Under the pieces are notes generated by a model that saw only the letters and a list, made by a program, of their open reading frames with translations, was not told where the DNA came from and made no database searches. 64,000 nt of DNA from a phage. The stretch lies in sequence record OZ346212.1, one strand, 5' to 3'. Positions 27,832 through 37,113 of the stretch are shown piece by piece; position 1 is the first letter of the stretch, and every line of letters starts with the position of its first letter. The position numbers and the translations under genes are program-made.

Positions 27832-28122
27832 TTACAGCTTGTTGTCGATAGTTTTTAAAATATCCACAGCAAGATCTGCCATTTTTCGAACATACTCTGC
27901 AAACTCAACAGGATCCTTGATCAAAGAATTCACAGGGTCGTACCCTAGAGCGTTTAAAATGGCTGCAGCATCTACAACCTTCTCATCATTTGCGAAGATC
28001 TCTCCGTCAAACTTGTAGGTCTATTTTGAGTCAACCTTAGCAGAGCAGGGTTTGTCCATGCTTGTTACACCATCGTCTTTAAACTCTCCTGCGTTATCAA
28101 TATTTAGAATTAAATCCATCAT
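27832..28122 (-). pseudogene. ORF interrupted by in-frame TAG (33 aa + amber + 62 aa)
   Basis: ATG 28122..28120; TAG at 28023..28021 in frame; same frame stays open to TAA at 27834..27832. Confidence 0.4.
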
Positions 28123-28139
28123 GGTGACACCTCACTGTT

Positions 28140-28538
28140 TCAGTTTAGCTTTTCTTCAACAACCCCATAACTTGGGGCAGAGTCAAGAGCTTTCTGGTTT
28201 AAAAGTGGCGTAGCAGAATCTGCAAACGGTGTCCAAGTTTTTGTTCTGGAATTCCAGTAATGCTTCACTCTGGAATCTGGATGCACTATAACAAAAACTT
28301 TTTCACTTGTCAACACATTAATTTCTTCTACACCCTTGCTGATAATTTCTCCGTCATAGCCCCCAGTCTGGTATCCTTCGTACCAGGTTCTTGCATAGGC
28401 ATAGCCAGCCTGCCAGCATGCAGCCTCCTCCGAGGTGGAGACTACGTAGAAGTCTTTCTCAAATTCCGGAATACGCCCTTGCTTTACGCTCCAAGCTCCG
28501 CGAATTTTCATTGTTACTTTGAAAAGCTTGTTCTTCAT
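28140..28538 (-). CDS. hypothetical protein, paralog of 25933..26328
   Basis: Shared motif block. Confidence 0.55.
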   Translation of the reverse strand: MKNKLFKVTMKIRGAWSVKQGRIPEFEKDFYVVSTSEEAACWQAGYAYARTWYEGYQTGGYDGEIISKGVEEINVLTSEKVFVIVHPDSRVKHYWNSRTKTWTPFADSATPLLNQKALDSAPSYGVVEEKLN

Positions 28539-28539
28539 A

Positions 28540-28794
28540 CTACCGCTCTACAATCTCTACGTCTGTTCCTACACCGAAGGCATAGTAATGTTCTTCCCCA
28601 AAGTAATACTTGGGGACACCCGCTTTGATCAGATCTAACCCGCGAATAAATACCACACCGTGTGATACAGTGGAATGCTTCTGACGCACAGGATCGTTGT
28701 CAGGCAACCATTCAAAGTACACCGCAGGTACAACCTTTCCCTTCAGGAAGGATTGTCCCAAGTAGACGTTAGAATCAAGAATTTTAACCTTCAT
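28540..28794 (-). CDS. hypothetical protein (MKVK family)
   Basis: Paralog of 28784..29011 and 32434..32667. Confidence 0.5.
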   Translation of the reverse strand: MKVKILDSNVYLGQSFLKGKVVPAVYFEWLPDNDPVRQKHSTVSHGVVFIRGLDLIKAGVPKYYFGEEHYYAFGVGTDVEIVER

Positions 28795-29011
28795 TCTCGT
28801 CCTCCACTATCTCTGCATCCTCACCAAGGGCAAAGTTGTAGGTCCACTGGCTGTCAAAGCAGTCCTGAGATGCACCAGCGGCAATAAGATCTGCACCTTT
28901 TATTTTTAAAAGGTCAGGATAATCTTCGTTAGGGATAGCGGTAAACACTTTCCCCACTAAGGGCTCCTGACCAATATAGAAGCTTGAATCTAAAACTTTA
29001 ACTTTCATCAA
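28784..29011 (-). CDS. hypothetical protein (MKVK family)
   Basis: ORF track. Confidence 0.5.
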   Translation of the reverse strand: MMKVKVLDSSFYIGQEPLVGKVFTAIPNEDYPDLLKIKGADLIAAGASQDCFDSQWTYNFALGEDAEIVEDENEG

Positions 29012-29295
29012 CGGTCTCCCTCAGGCGGTTGTGGGACGTAAACACTGTTACGAATATCGTCAGCAGTGTAGTAATAAGTGGTTCCAACCCTATCTCGGGC
29101 TGCAATGTACTCTGCTATACCAACAAGTGCCATTGATTTGGTGGCGTATCTTCCCCACTCGTTAGCTCCCCAGTAGAATTTAGACCAGTAGGGAATAAGA
29201 CCGAACAAATATACCTTTTGACGAACTTCCCAGTAAGTGCCTTTTCCGACAAGTTTAAACTCTACTTCACTACTGTTAATCTTTTTCATTATCAA
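29008..29295 (-). CDS. hypothetical protein
   Basis: ORF track; ATGA coupling. Confidence 0.5.
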   Translation of the reverse strand: MIMKKINSSEVEFKLVGKGTYWEVRQKVYLFGLIPYWSKFYWGANEWGRYATKSMALVGIAEYIAARDRVGTTYYYTADDIRNSVYVPQPPEGDR

Positions 29296-29588
29296 TCTCC
29301 CTCTACCGTGGTCGGATTGTCAGTAAGAAATTGAGCATTGGCTGGAGGCACGCCTGACATTTTCCACACAACCATAAGTTTATAACCAGGCACTCTATTA
29401 AGTGCAGATCGAGTAGAGTTTGTGCACGTATACTTTCGCTTTCCAAACCCGTTCTCCATCATAATCCAGTACCCAGTATCTTTGTCACCAGGTATCGGTA
29501 GACCACCTTCATCAACCCACTGAATTGACCACGGCACGATGGCTACAGCTTTATATTTAAACTTTTTAAACCACTCAAAAAGTTTCAT
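29292..29588 (-). CDS. hypothetical protein
   Basis: ORF track. Confidence 0.5.
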   Translation of the reverse strand: MKLFEWFKKFKYKAVAIVPWSIQWVDEGGLPIPGDKDTGYWIMMENGFGKRKYTCTNSTRSALNRVPGYKLMVVWKMSGVPPANAQFLTDNPTTVEGD

Positions 29589-29888
29589 AATTCAGCCCCG
29601 CATAGACATAATCACTATAAATAGGCAAACAATGAATCCGAATGCCACGCCACCCATAAACGTTAATATTGATGCAATCATAGTCAATCAGCCTCGCCTG
29701 GCAACTCTTCTACCTTAACATGCCGAAAAGTGTTACCGTAATGGTTGATCCATGACATCAGCTCACTTTCTTGCTCTTCCTCTGGGATGAACTCTCGAAT
29801 ACTGACAAGTTTTAAGAAAACCTAATCACAATCTGCACCCATTCTACCAGACAGACAATAGTGCTTCATAAAAACCCTCCCGCCCGGT

Positions 29889-30083
29889 TTAGAATATTGC
29901 TTCTTCCATTGCGCCTGAGAGCAACAAAGAGGTGATCTGGCTAACATTCATCTCAGACTCTACTTCCTCCCCTTTGAAAGGTTCGCGGCAGAATAGGACT
30001 GTTTCAGGACTTTTACTTCGAACAATATAATACAAATCATTCAATGTGTTGTAGTAATAAGTGTTAAAACGTAAGTTTTTCAT
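29889..30083 (-). CDS. hypothetical protein
   Basis: ORF track. Confidence 0.45.
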   Translation of the reverse strand: MKNLRFNTYYYNTLNDLYYIVRSKSPETVLFCREPFKGEEVESEMNVSQITSLLLSGAMEEAIF

Positions 30084-30367
30084 TTTCTAGTCCTCTTCTT
30101 AGATTTTTGGGGAGAAACGCTTTCTGCAATACGAGACAGACGTTCTTCTGAAGCCTTACCTACTCCAGGTTTTTTGAGTGGATTATCTTTATGACCACAA
30201 TCCAACTGGATATTGGATACCTCTCCAACTTTGTAAGTCAATTCTAGCAAAAGGTTGTCGTCCTTGTCAAATGTTTTTACGATAAATTTTTTATCGTTCT
30301 CCTGAACTTCATATCTGGTACCTGCAGTATACAGCATGGTGCCATCAGCATAGGATATCCAGATCAT
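30080..30367 (-). CDS. hypothetical protein
   Basis: ORF track. Confidence 0.5.
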   Translation of the reverse strand: MIWISYADGTMLYTAGTRYEVQENDKKFIVKTFDKDDNLLLELTYKVGEVSNIQLDCGHKDNPLKKPGVGKASEERLSRIAESVSPQKSKKRTRK

Positions 30368-30711
30368 TGAGCCTCCTTTTGCTGCAACAGCATTAACTCT
30401 TTGTTAGAGATCTTTACTGCTGTTTTTATTGTTCCATCTTCACGAAACCACGACCAGAACTCTACAGTGTCACCACTATCAAGTAAAGCATGCCCATGGT
30501 AAAAATCTTTGTCCTTAGACAGTTTCTCATCTATATCTGCATCAACACATTCGTGATCCAGAGCATTTTGCCTGAACGCATCGGTTATGCCAATGCACGC
30601 CTTGCTCTCAAGACTGGTATATCCGATATCTTTTAATTCAGTTTCCCAAGTCCAGTACCCTATAAAAGCTAAAACAGCTACCCACAGTAATAACGTTTTA
30701 ATCTTTGGCAT
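30364..30711 (-). CDS. secreted/membrane-anchored protein
   Basis: N-terminal signal-like hydrophobic segment. Confidence 0.5.
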   Translation of the reverse strand: MPKIKTLLLWVAVLAFIGYWTWETELKDIGYTSLESKACIGITDAFRQNALDHECVDADIDEKLSKDKDFYHGHALLDSGDTVEFWSWFREDGTIKTAVKISNKELMLLQQKEAQ

Positions 30712-30773
30712 TCTCTCTACCTCTTTCTTAGTTTATTTCACTATGGCACATCCTTTGTGCCATATCTCAACTA

Positions 30774-31244
30774 CTACTTAAATAGTAGTTCAAAATAGTG
30801 CAAAATTAACAGAAGTTGAACTACACCTAGTGCAACGGCGAGTATGTTAATCTTAGAATCGAAAAACTTCTTAACTTTTACTCTAAAAGGTTCCTTAATG
30901 TCCTTTACGATCCTATCTATAGATGACCTCATATCTCTGATTACCATCCTGAACATTAAAGACGGATGCTCCCCCATCTCCGTAACGGAATCGAAAACAT
31001 ACTCTCTTCGGTCATAAGGGCCGCCAGCTCTGCGTATTAACCTCTCCACAGAGACCTCGAACGTCACACCTGTAACGTAATCATCTATAACAAGTCGTGA
31101 CGGGTCTTTACCTTTACTATCAAGAGGTATCAAAGTTATCTTTCCAGATTTTGTTAAAATTTCCCCTTTTTCAAGCAAGGTGTACCAATGCTCTCTGCCA
31201 AGACTGTTGAGGCACGTTTTTACATATTTAACAAACATCGTCAC
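30774..31244 (-). CDS. hypothetical protein with C-terminal TM helix
   Basis: ORF track. Confidence 0.5.
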   Translation of the reverse strand: MTMFVKYVKTCLNSLGREHWYTLLEKGEILTKSGKITLIPLDSKGKDPSRLVIDDYVTGVTFEVSVERLIRRAGGPYDRREYVFDSVTEMGEHPSLMFRMVIRDMRSSIDRIVKDIKEPFRVKVKKFFDSKINILAVALGVVQLLLILHYFELLFK

Positions 31245-31444
31245 CCCTCATCGCACGTCTGATATAACCACTCTATAAAATCTTGATACCATTCGCCCTC
31301 TGAGCGCTCCGTAGGCCAATAATCTTCACCCTCTCGTGCATTAAAATCTGAGTATTCAACTTTCCACTCCTTTACCAGCTCGTGGAGAAGGTTTTCAGCC
31401 TGCTCTAAAGATTTATTTTTTACCATTGCTGTCTCCTTTTTCAA
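31241..31444 (-). CDS. hypothetical protein
   Basis: ORF track. Confidence 0.5.
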   Translation of the reverse strand: MKKETAMVKNKSLEQAENLLHELVKEWKVEYSDFNAREGEDYWPTERSEGEWYQDFIEWLYQTCDEG

Positions 31445-31509
31445 GATAGTTATACATCAGAACTGCACCACCTAAGATGGCTACCAGTAACAATATCCCA
31501 GATAGCATC

Positions 31510-31662
31510 TCAATAAACATGGCTTGAAACACTGGAAGGTCTCCCTAAATTAACGCACCATTTTAAATACATGCTCTTTTCCCATAAAGGTGCCTGGCTA
31601 AGATCTGCGTAGAACGCAATCTCTTTAAGAACAGTATAGATAGTTTTAGGTGCGGTCTCCAT
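31510..31662 (-). CDS. hypothetical protein
   Basis: Start moved to ATG at 31662 after RBS AGGAAGGAGA. Confidence 0.35.
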   Translation of the reverse strand: METAPKTIYTVLKEIAFYADLSQAPLWEKSMYLKWCVNLGRPSSVSSHVY

Positions 31663-31873
31663 CCCTACTCTCCTTCCTGATATTCTTGTAGTAATCAACT
31701 AGGCACATTATTACGATGAAGATAACAACAGGCCAAAAAGGTGCAGCAGTGATGATGGTGATAAAATCATCAAACTTCACCCTTCGTCTGGACACGATGC
31801 ATACACCTGTCAAGAATACCGCTGTTATAACGGACATTACCAGGTAACCTATTAGCACAACATTTATACTCAT
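31646..31873 (-). CDS. two-TM membrane protein
   Basis: Two hydrophobic helices, charged C-terminus; holin-like topology but no adjacent lysin. Confidence 0.5.
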   Translation of the reverse strand: MSINVVLIGYLVMSVITAVFLTGVCIVSRRRVKFDDFITIITAAPFWPVVIFIVIMCLVDYYKNIRKESRDGDRT

Positions 31874-31903
31874 TGGTCCTCCCTTTGTAGGTTAAATTGT
31901 ATA

Positions 31904-32437
31904 CTACAAATGGTCGCTGAGGGTGTCAAGAAAATTATCCCGTTCTTTCTCAGAGTTTTCATGTGTGTAGCTGAAAAACATATCGAGAATAACCTTATTG
32001 ATATATTCCAGCTCCTCTGTGTTCAGATGCTTAGCAGGATCTACAATGACATCCCAAATATCATACAGACCGCACTCATGATACCCATAACGCCACTCAA
32101 TTGTCAAGCTGAGCGGCAAATCTTTACCTTCACAAACAACCTTCCATCTACATATGTTGGTATCTGGTCGTACCTGTGCACGGTACACCTGCACAAAATC
32201 CAATTTGAATTTGAGGTACTCGTCATACAATTTAAGCACAAAGCTCTCGATTTGTGGAGACACTTTTGCAGCAAACTGTGCGTATTCGTACTTGCACTGG
32301 ATGATCTTTCTGCGTTTTGCAGTTAAATTTTTTGCCGCCAGTTGTTCTTCAGTGTATCTCCACCTACGATCAACAAACGCAACAGGGTCTTTGTCCCCAT
32401 AGAGGTCTTCCCAGTTAATCAGAAGCATACCTGTCAC
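31904..32437 (-). CDS. hypothetical protein
   Basis: ORF track. Confidence 0.55.
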   Translation of the reverse strand: MTGMLLINWEDLYGDKDPVAFVDRRWRYTEEQLAAKNLTAKRRKIIQCKYEYAQFAAKVSPQIESFVLKLYDEYLKFKLDFVQVYRAQVRPDTNICRWKVVCEGKDLPLSLTIEWRYGYHECGLYDIWDVIVDPAKHLNTEELEYINKVILDMFFSYTHENSEKERDNFLDTLSDHL

Positions 32438-32667
32438 TCCTCCACAACTTCAAGGCCTTTACCGCCTCGCTCTGGCAGATTACTTAAAGATAGGTAATAC
32501 ATATAATCAGGAGAGATCCTGCCAGACTCTGCACCTGCAGCTAGTAAATCCTTCCCTTTAACCAGGACAACATTCTCGTTTGCAGATAGCCGTTTTGCTT
32601 CCACAATTTTACCAACACAGTCAACCAAGGAAGGGTACCCTAAATCTGTAAGAAATTTAACTTTCAT
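32434..32667 (-). CDS. hypothetical protein (MKVK family)
   Basis: ORF track. Confidence 0.5.
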   Translation of the reverse strand: MKVKFLTDLGYPSLVDCVGKIVEAKRLSANENVVLVKGKDLLAAGAESGRISPDYMYYLSLSNLPERGGKGLEVVEE

Positions 32668-32704
32668 GCTACCTCCTACCTACCGTCCCTGGTAAGATAA
32701 ATTA

Positions 32705-33103
32705 TTACTGAACAGAGCGCGGTGCTGGGAAGGATAACTCTTCTAAAGAGAAGATTTCATTTCCTACCACCCAAGTTGCTGGGTCATCTGGATCAACAGG
32801 TTGGATAATCATTACCTCATCCGCCTCGCACACACGTTTCCCACCCATAGTAGCGTCAGCCACTAACATACGCGGCTCTTCAGAAATGCACAGGTAGCCA
32901 CCTCGGCCCACTGTTCCTTCCACGGGATCCTGCCCTTTGACCACAATGAATACCTTCTCTCCTGTGGCGATATTACTTTTCACACTAACAGTTTGACCAA
33001 CTTTAGATGTACCGATCTTGGTGGCTTCAAACATTAAATCCCGAATTACTGTTGCATAGTTGCCGGACACTTTCTTACCTTCTTTAGTAATCTCAATCTT
33101 CAT
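32705..33103 (-). CDS. hypothetical protein
   Basis: ORF track. Confidence 0.5.
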   Translation of the reverse strand: MKIEITKEGKKVSGNYATVIRDLMFEATKIGTSKVGQTVSVKSNIATGEKVFIVVKGQDPVEGTVGRGGYLCISEEPRMLVADATMGGKRVCEADEVMIIQPVDPDDPATWVVGNEIFSLEELSFPAPRSVQ

Positions 33104-33339
33104 AACCTAGGCTCCTTAAATGAATCTATGTAATCAATTAAATCCCAAGCATCGCGATGGGCTGTCAGAGGGTATACTTCTCCGAGAGGGATCATAGCAA
33201 TAAGTCTATCAAAAACCCAGTCTGGACGCAACATTTTATGGTGATATTCCCACTCACCTTCCACAGATTTTTTCTGAGTGATCAGGATCTCTGTGTAGTG
33301 TTTCGCCTGTCTTGAGTAGATTGAAAATGACTTGTACAT
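33100..33339 (-). CDS. hypothetical protein
   Basis: Start moved to ATG at 33339. Confidence 0.45.
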   Translation of the reverse strand: MYKSFSIYSRQAKHYTEILITQKKSVEGEWEYHHKMLRPDWVFDRLIAMIPLGEVYPLTAHRDAWDLIDYIDSFKEPRL

Positions 33340-33374
33340 AAAGACCCCCTCTTGTTGAAAACAACAATACACAA

Positions 33375-33659
33375 CTACCAGGTTACTGTCAAGTAGGCAA
33401 CCGTATTATTTTTCTCTGGGGAGATGCCAACAACATCTACCTGCAGACCTCCTGCCCTTAAATCTCCAACAATGTGCGGGAAGTAATCTGAGAGATGCGA
33501 GGGTAGATTTATCGAAAATCCGCACCCCAGAAAGCCTGCTAACGCTTTATTTTGTATCTCCCCTACAATCGCATCATAAATGGAGTTAAGCTCGTCAGGG
33601 AGCGTTACAGGACGTTTTAGCGCTAACTGGTGTAATTTGTCCTTAGCACTCATTTTCAT
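33375..33659 (-). CDS. hypothetical protein
   Basis: Start ATG 33659 overlaps upstream TGA (ATGA). Confidence 0.5.
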   Translation of the reverse strand: MKMSAKDKLHQLALKRPVTLPDELNSIYDAIVGEIQNKALAGFLGCGFSINLPSHLSDYFPHIVGDLRAGGLQVDVVGISPEKNNTVAYLTVTW

Positions 33660-34189
33660 TTCAGGTCTACCTCTGGTGGTGCCAACCACATAAATGGCGG
33701 CAAGCCTAAACGGTTTTTCTTATCCCACACAAAATATGCATATGCTTGCCCGTCAGTTCTGCCATTTGATTGAAAAGATGGACGCTTAGATATTGTGATC
33801 ACAGTGGTAGGTGCATTATCAAGCCACCATTCAAATCTGGCTTTGCTTTCCAGAAAATTAAGACGCAAAAGCATAATAACTACGTCAGCATCTTTCAACG
33901 CCTTGTCTACAAACTCACGAGCCAAACTGTATGGTGGGTTGGTGATAATACAGTCAACATGGTTGTATTCTGTATTCAGATAGTCAACACCTTCTTGGAT
34001 TTCTCCCCATGCAGATCCTAACGGCATACGGGAGTAGAACACACCTGAGGCACTATTCCTGCAAGGCTCTAAGTAGGTCCAGTCTTCTGGGAACGGAATA
34101 AGGTCATACAGCCCTTCTGCACACCACTCCGGTGTCACATACTCATCGTAGGCGTTACGTTGTTCATCAGGTTTTCGAGCACAAGTCAT
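33656..34189 (-). CDS. DNA N6-adenine (or N4-cytosine) methyltransferase, small phage type
   Basis: Catalytic motif IV in VDCIITNPPYSLA. Confidence 0.6.
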   Translation of the reverse strand: MTCARKPDEQRNAYDEYVTPEWCAEGLYDLIPFPEDWTYLEPCRNSASGVFYSRMPLGSAWGEIQEGVDYLNTEYNHVDCIITNPPYSLAREFVDKALKDADVVIMLLRLNFLESKARFEWWLDNAPTTVITISKRPSFQSNGRTDGQAYAYFVWDKKNRLGLPPFMWLAPPEVDLK

Positions 34190-34240
34190 GCAAATCTCCA
34201 GATCATAAAAGCCCTCCGAAGAGGGCTTTAGAATTAATGT

Positions 34241-35290
34241 TTAAGCTTCTTCGACAATTCCTGCACCCAGGATTTTTTCATTGAGCTCTTTTGCTGTTTT
34301 AATAATATTGTCCACCAGACGCTTGCGAGTCTTATCTTTTACCTTAACCTCTTCACCGCCGTTCAGGGTTGTCTTCAATTGGGACAGAATGTCTTGAAGT
34401 TCAACGACAGAGAATCGCTGCAGATCTTCTGAGGTAATCTCGCCTAAGGCAATCTTAACGGTCTCACCACTTTCCATCTGCAGGTTCAGGAACACAGTGT
34501 GAACATCACCTTTCGAACCACCCGCTTTTGCAGATTCAACAGCATGAACTAGCTCATCTAAAGAGGTGCACTGGTGAATCTCCGGAAGACCTGCTTCACC
34601 TAGCACACCTTCTTCATCACCTTTTGCCAAAAGCTTTTTAGGTTTTTGTCCGTTCTGGATGCGTTGTATGTTGCCTTCATCCAGAATGATAGCTCCAGTT
34701 CGAGCTGCCAGCTCCTCTCCGTCCAACCACACTTCGCCACCCGCTGTGATGGATGCGATCTCATCTTCTGTCAGCACCCAACCGTAGTATTTTTCGATCA
34801 GGCGTTCGAAACGTTTTTTCCAGTAGCTGACCTGAGTATTCATGTTCACACCATTGCCATAAGTGCCGCCTTGATAGTAGTGGAACATAAACTCTGTGTC
34901 CGGAGCCACAGTGCGTTCTTTGCAACCCAGCCATAGGATTGTTCCAGCAGAGCAGCACATCCCTTCAGCATGTGCAACAACGCTTGCCTGAGACTCGCGG
35001 AATGCCTGTAGATAAGCCATTGCAATGTGCACGCAACCCCCAGGGCTATTGATGATCACACGAATGCTTTCTTCCGGCTGAGCCATACGGATCGTCTGCA
35101 GACGAGACATATGATCCTGCAGGTCCTCCAAATCGTCGATATAAAGAACGTGGTCAACAACAGGTGTTGGGTAGCTGTATGTTTCCATAATACCACCCGG
35201 CATACCAAACATTTTATTACTCATAGGTTCGAAACCGTTCTGTTTTTCTTTCATGCCGTGTACCATGGTTCTGCGAGGTGTTAAATTCAT
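34241..35290 (-). CDS. ClpP-family serine peptidase with C-terminal extension
   Basis: IINSPGG, GMCCSAG (Ser), MFHYYQGG (His) parallel ClpP INSPGG / GQAASMG / MIHQPLGG; ~130 extra C-terminal residues. Confidence 0.7.
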   Translation of the reverse strand: MNLTPRRTMVHGMKEKQNGFEPMSNKMFGMPGGIMETYSYPTPVVDHVLYIDDLEDLQDHMSRLQTIRMAQPEESIRVIINSPGGCVHIAMAYLQAFRESQASVVAHAEGMCCSAGTILWLGCKERTVAPDTEFMFHYYQGGTYGNGVNMNTQVSYWKKRFERLIEKYYGWVLTEDEIASITAGGEVWLDGEELAARTGAIILDEGNIQRIQNGQKPKKLLAKGDEEGVLGEAGLPEIHQCTSLDELVHAVESAKAGGSKGDVHTVFLNLQMESGETVKIALGEITSEDLQRFSVVELQDILSQLKTTLNGGEEVKVKDKTRKRLVDNIIKTAKELNEKILGAGIVEEA

Positions 35291-35350
35291 GAGAAATCCT
35301 TAATATTGGAAGTTGAAAGCTATTTATTTAAACCTGATTCACATTTACCT

Positions 35351-35662
35351 TTATTTAGCAATCACTATGGAATACTTACGATTGTCAGAAGCATCACAAC
35401 TCAATGATTGCCAGTCTACCACATACCACGTATCATTGTCAACAATTACTTTATCGCCTGTTCTGTAGCAAGTGCTGCTTTCAATAATTCGAGACTCGAT
35501 AAAGAATCTGTGTCGGCGCTCACGTAGCAACGCTAAGTTAATTATATTACCACCGCTGTCCTTGGTCCACACATTCTTGGATCCCTTATTTGCCAAAATT
35601 GTCTCGCCGTTATAGACAAACAGGCAGTATATTTTATTCAGTTTCTCTTGTATTGTAGCCAT
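35351..35662 (-). CDS. hypothetical protein
   Basis: ORF track. Confidence 0.5.
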   Translation of the reverse strand: MATIQEKLNKIYCLFVYNGETILANKGSKNVWTKDSGGNIINLALLRERRHRFFIESRIIESSTCYRTGDKVIVDNDTWYVVDWQSLSCDASDNRKYSIVIAK

Positions 35663-35763
35663 ACTGTCCTTCTCTCTGTTTTGTCCGATAATAATATCTA
35701 AAGCTTACCTATTTGTCAACAACTGTTTTAGATATTTAAGGGTGGAATAACCACCCTTCTGTA

Positions 35764-36552
35764 TTACTCGGAAACAGGGGTCCAAATATGATTTGCACGA
35801 TCCTCAATAAGATTGAGTGCGATCTGACGACCCAACCCAGAACGAACGACATCGTCTGGACTATCAAAGCTGATCATTCCAACCTCAGGATCTGGATGAC
35901 GAGTAAAGAAATCCGTCACCCATGCAAGGCCAGATTTACCAGGGATGTCACGTTGGCTATTATCACCCATAATTACAAGGGTGGCTTGATCAGAGATCCT
36001 TGTGATAATTGACAACATTTCTTCAGGGTTAGTTTGCTGTGCCTCGTCAATCAGGACAAAGCATCGCTCATCGAAACTACGACCACGAATGCTTTCAACT
36101 TCACAAATCTCGATACGGCTGTTCTGACCGTCTCCCAGCATTGCGGCAAAAGCACCTTTGCCAACACGACGACAAATCGTGTCCATCATGCTTCGAAGAT
36201 AGGGCCACAGTTTCTGCATTGCATTTCCAGGTTTAAATCCTGAAGTCTTTCCTGTCTGAACGTAAGGACGTGCAACAATAATCTTATCAATCTCGTTCTT
36301 ACGCAGAAGATCACCTGCATATGCAGATGCCATGAATGTCTTACCGGATCCAAACACACCGTTTACAATAATAATCTTACGTGACCCTAGATAATCAAGA
36401 TACTTTTGCTGCTTCTTATTCATTGGTCTGAGAGCTGGAGCGGTGTGCTCTCTTTCGTCAGCAAATTTCTCAGCAGCCTTACGCAGGCGATCAGATTTGC
36501 GAGCCTCTCTAGCTTCATCACGCATGCGTTTTGTTTCTTTAGCTCGACCCAT
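35764..36552 (-). CDS. phoH: PhoH-like ATPase
   Basis: Walker A GVFGSGKTFMA; Walker B VLIDEAQ; basic N-terminus. Confidence 0.75.
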   Translation of the reverse strand: MGRAKETKRMRDEAREARKSDRLRKAAEKFADEREHTAPALRPMNKKQQKYLDYLGSRKIIIVNGVFGSGKTFMASAYAGDLLRKNEIDKIIVARPYVQTGKTSGFKPGNAMQKLWPYLRSMMDTICRRVGKGAFAAMLGDGQNSRIEICEVESIRGRSFDERCFVLIDEAQQTNPEEMLSIITRISDQATLVIMGDNSQRDIPGKSGLAWVTDFFTRHPDPEVGMISFDSPDDVVRSGLGRQIALNLIEDRANHIWTPVSE

Positions 36553-36590
36553 GTTGGGACTCCTTTCAGATTGAGATGTGCCAAGTACTT

Positions 36591-36941
36591 TTACTGCAAC
36601 AGTTTTTCAATAGCCGCTTCCATGCTGCTTGCAACAGCCTGAACTCGGATATTCATCTCTTCTTGGTGGATCAGCTCCTTAAGCTCTTTAATGGTAAATT
36701 CTTTAGAGAAACCTTCCACCATAATCTTGTGCAAGGCTTCTTGCGTGTCTACTTGCAAGAACTTTTCCAGTTTGTTGGCAGAGGCTTCTAAATCAGCCCG
36801 AATACGAGGGTCATCTGTGCGATTCAGCATTAGGCGTAAGCCATCAAGATTAGTAGAAATAGCATCTGCATGTTGAGTAACTAACCGTGGCAAAATGAGA
36901 TCTACAAACTTATTAGCCAAATCGATACGTTCTTGTGTCAC
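36591..36941 (-). CDS. hypothetical protein
   Basis: ORF track; GTG start. Confidence 0.5.
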   Translation of the reverse strand: MTQERIDLANKFVDLILPRLVTQHADAISTNLDGLRLMLNRTDDPRIRADLEASANKLEKFLQVDTQEALHKIMVEGFSKEFTIKELKELIHQEEMNIRVQAVASSMEAAIEKLLQ

Positions 36942-37051
36942 TGTTGCACCCCCTCTTCATCTTCATGATGTTTCTTTTCACGCTTGTGTTTTTTCTTAAG
37001 CTCAAGCGCAATCTCTTTCTTGTACGCCTTCTTCAAGGCTTTTTTAGCCAT
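36938..37051 (-). CDS. small basic protein (37 aa)
   Basis: Not in ORF track; strong RBS AGAGGAGG; MAKKALKKAYKKEIALELKKKHKREKKHHEDEEGVQQ. Confidence 0.45.
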   Translation of the reverse strand: MAKKALKKAYKKEIALELKKKHKREKKHHEDEEGVQQ

Positions 37052-37113
37052 TTGGCACCTCCTCTGCTTTCATTACGGCAATTATAACCAACTCAACAAA
37101 GCTTTGTCAACAA

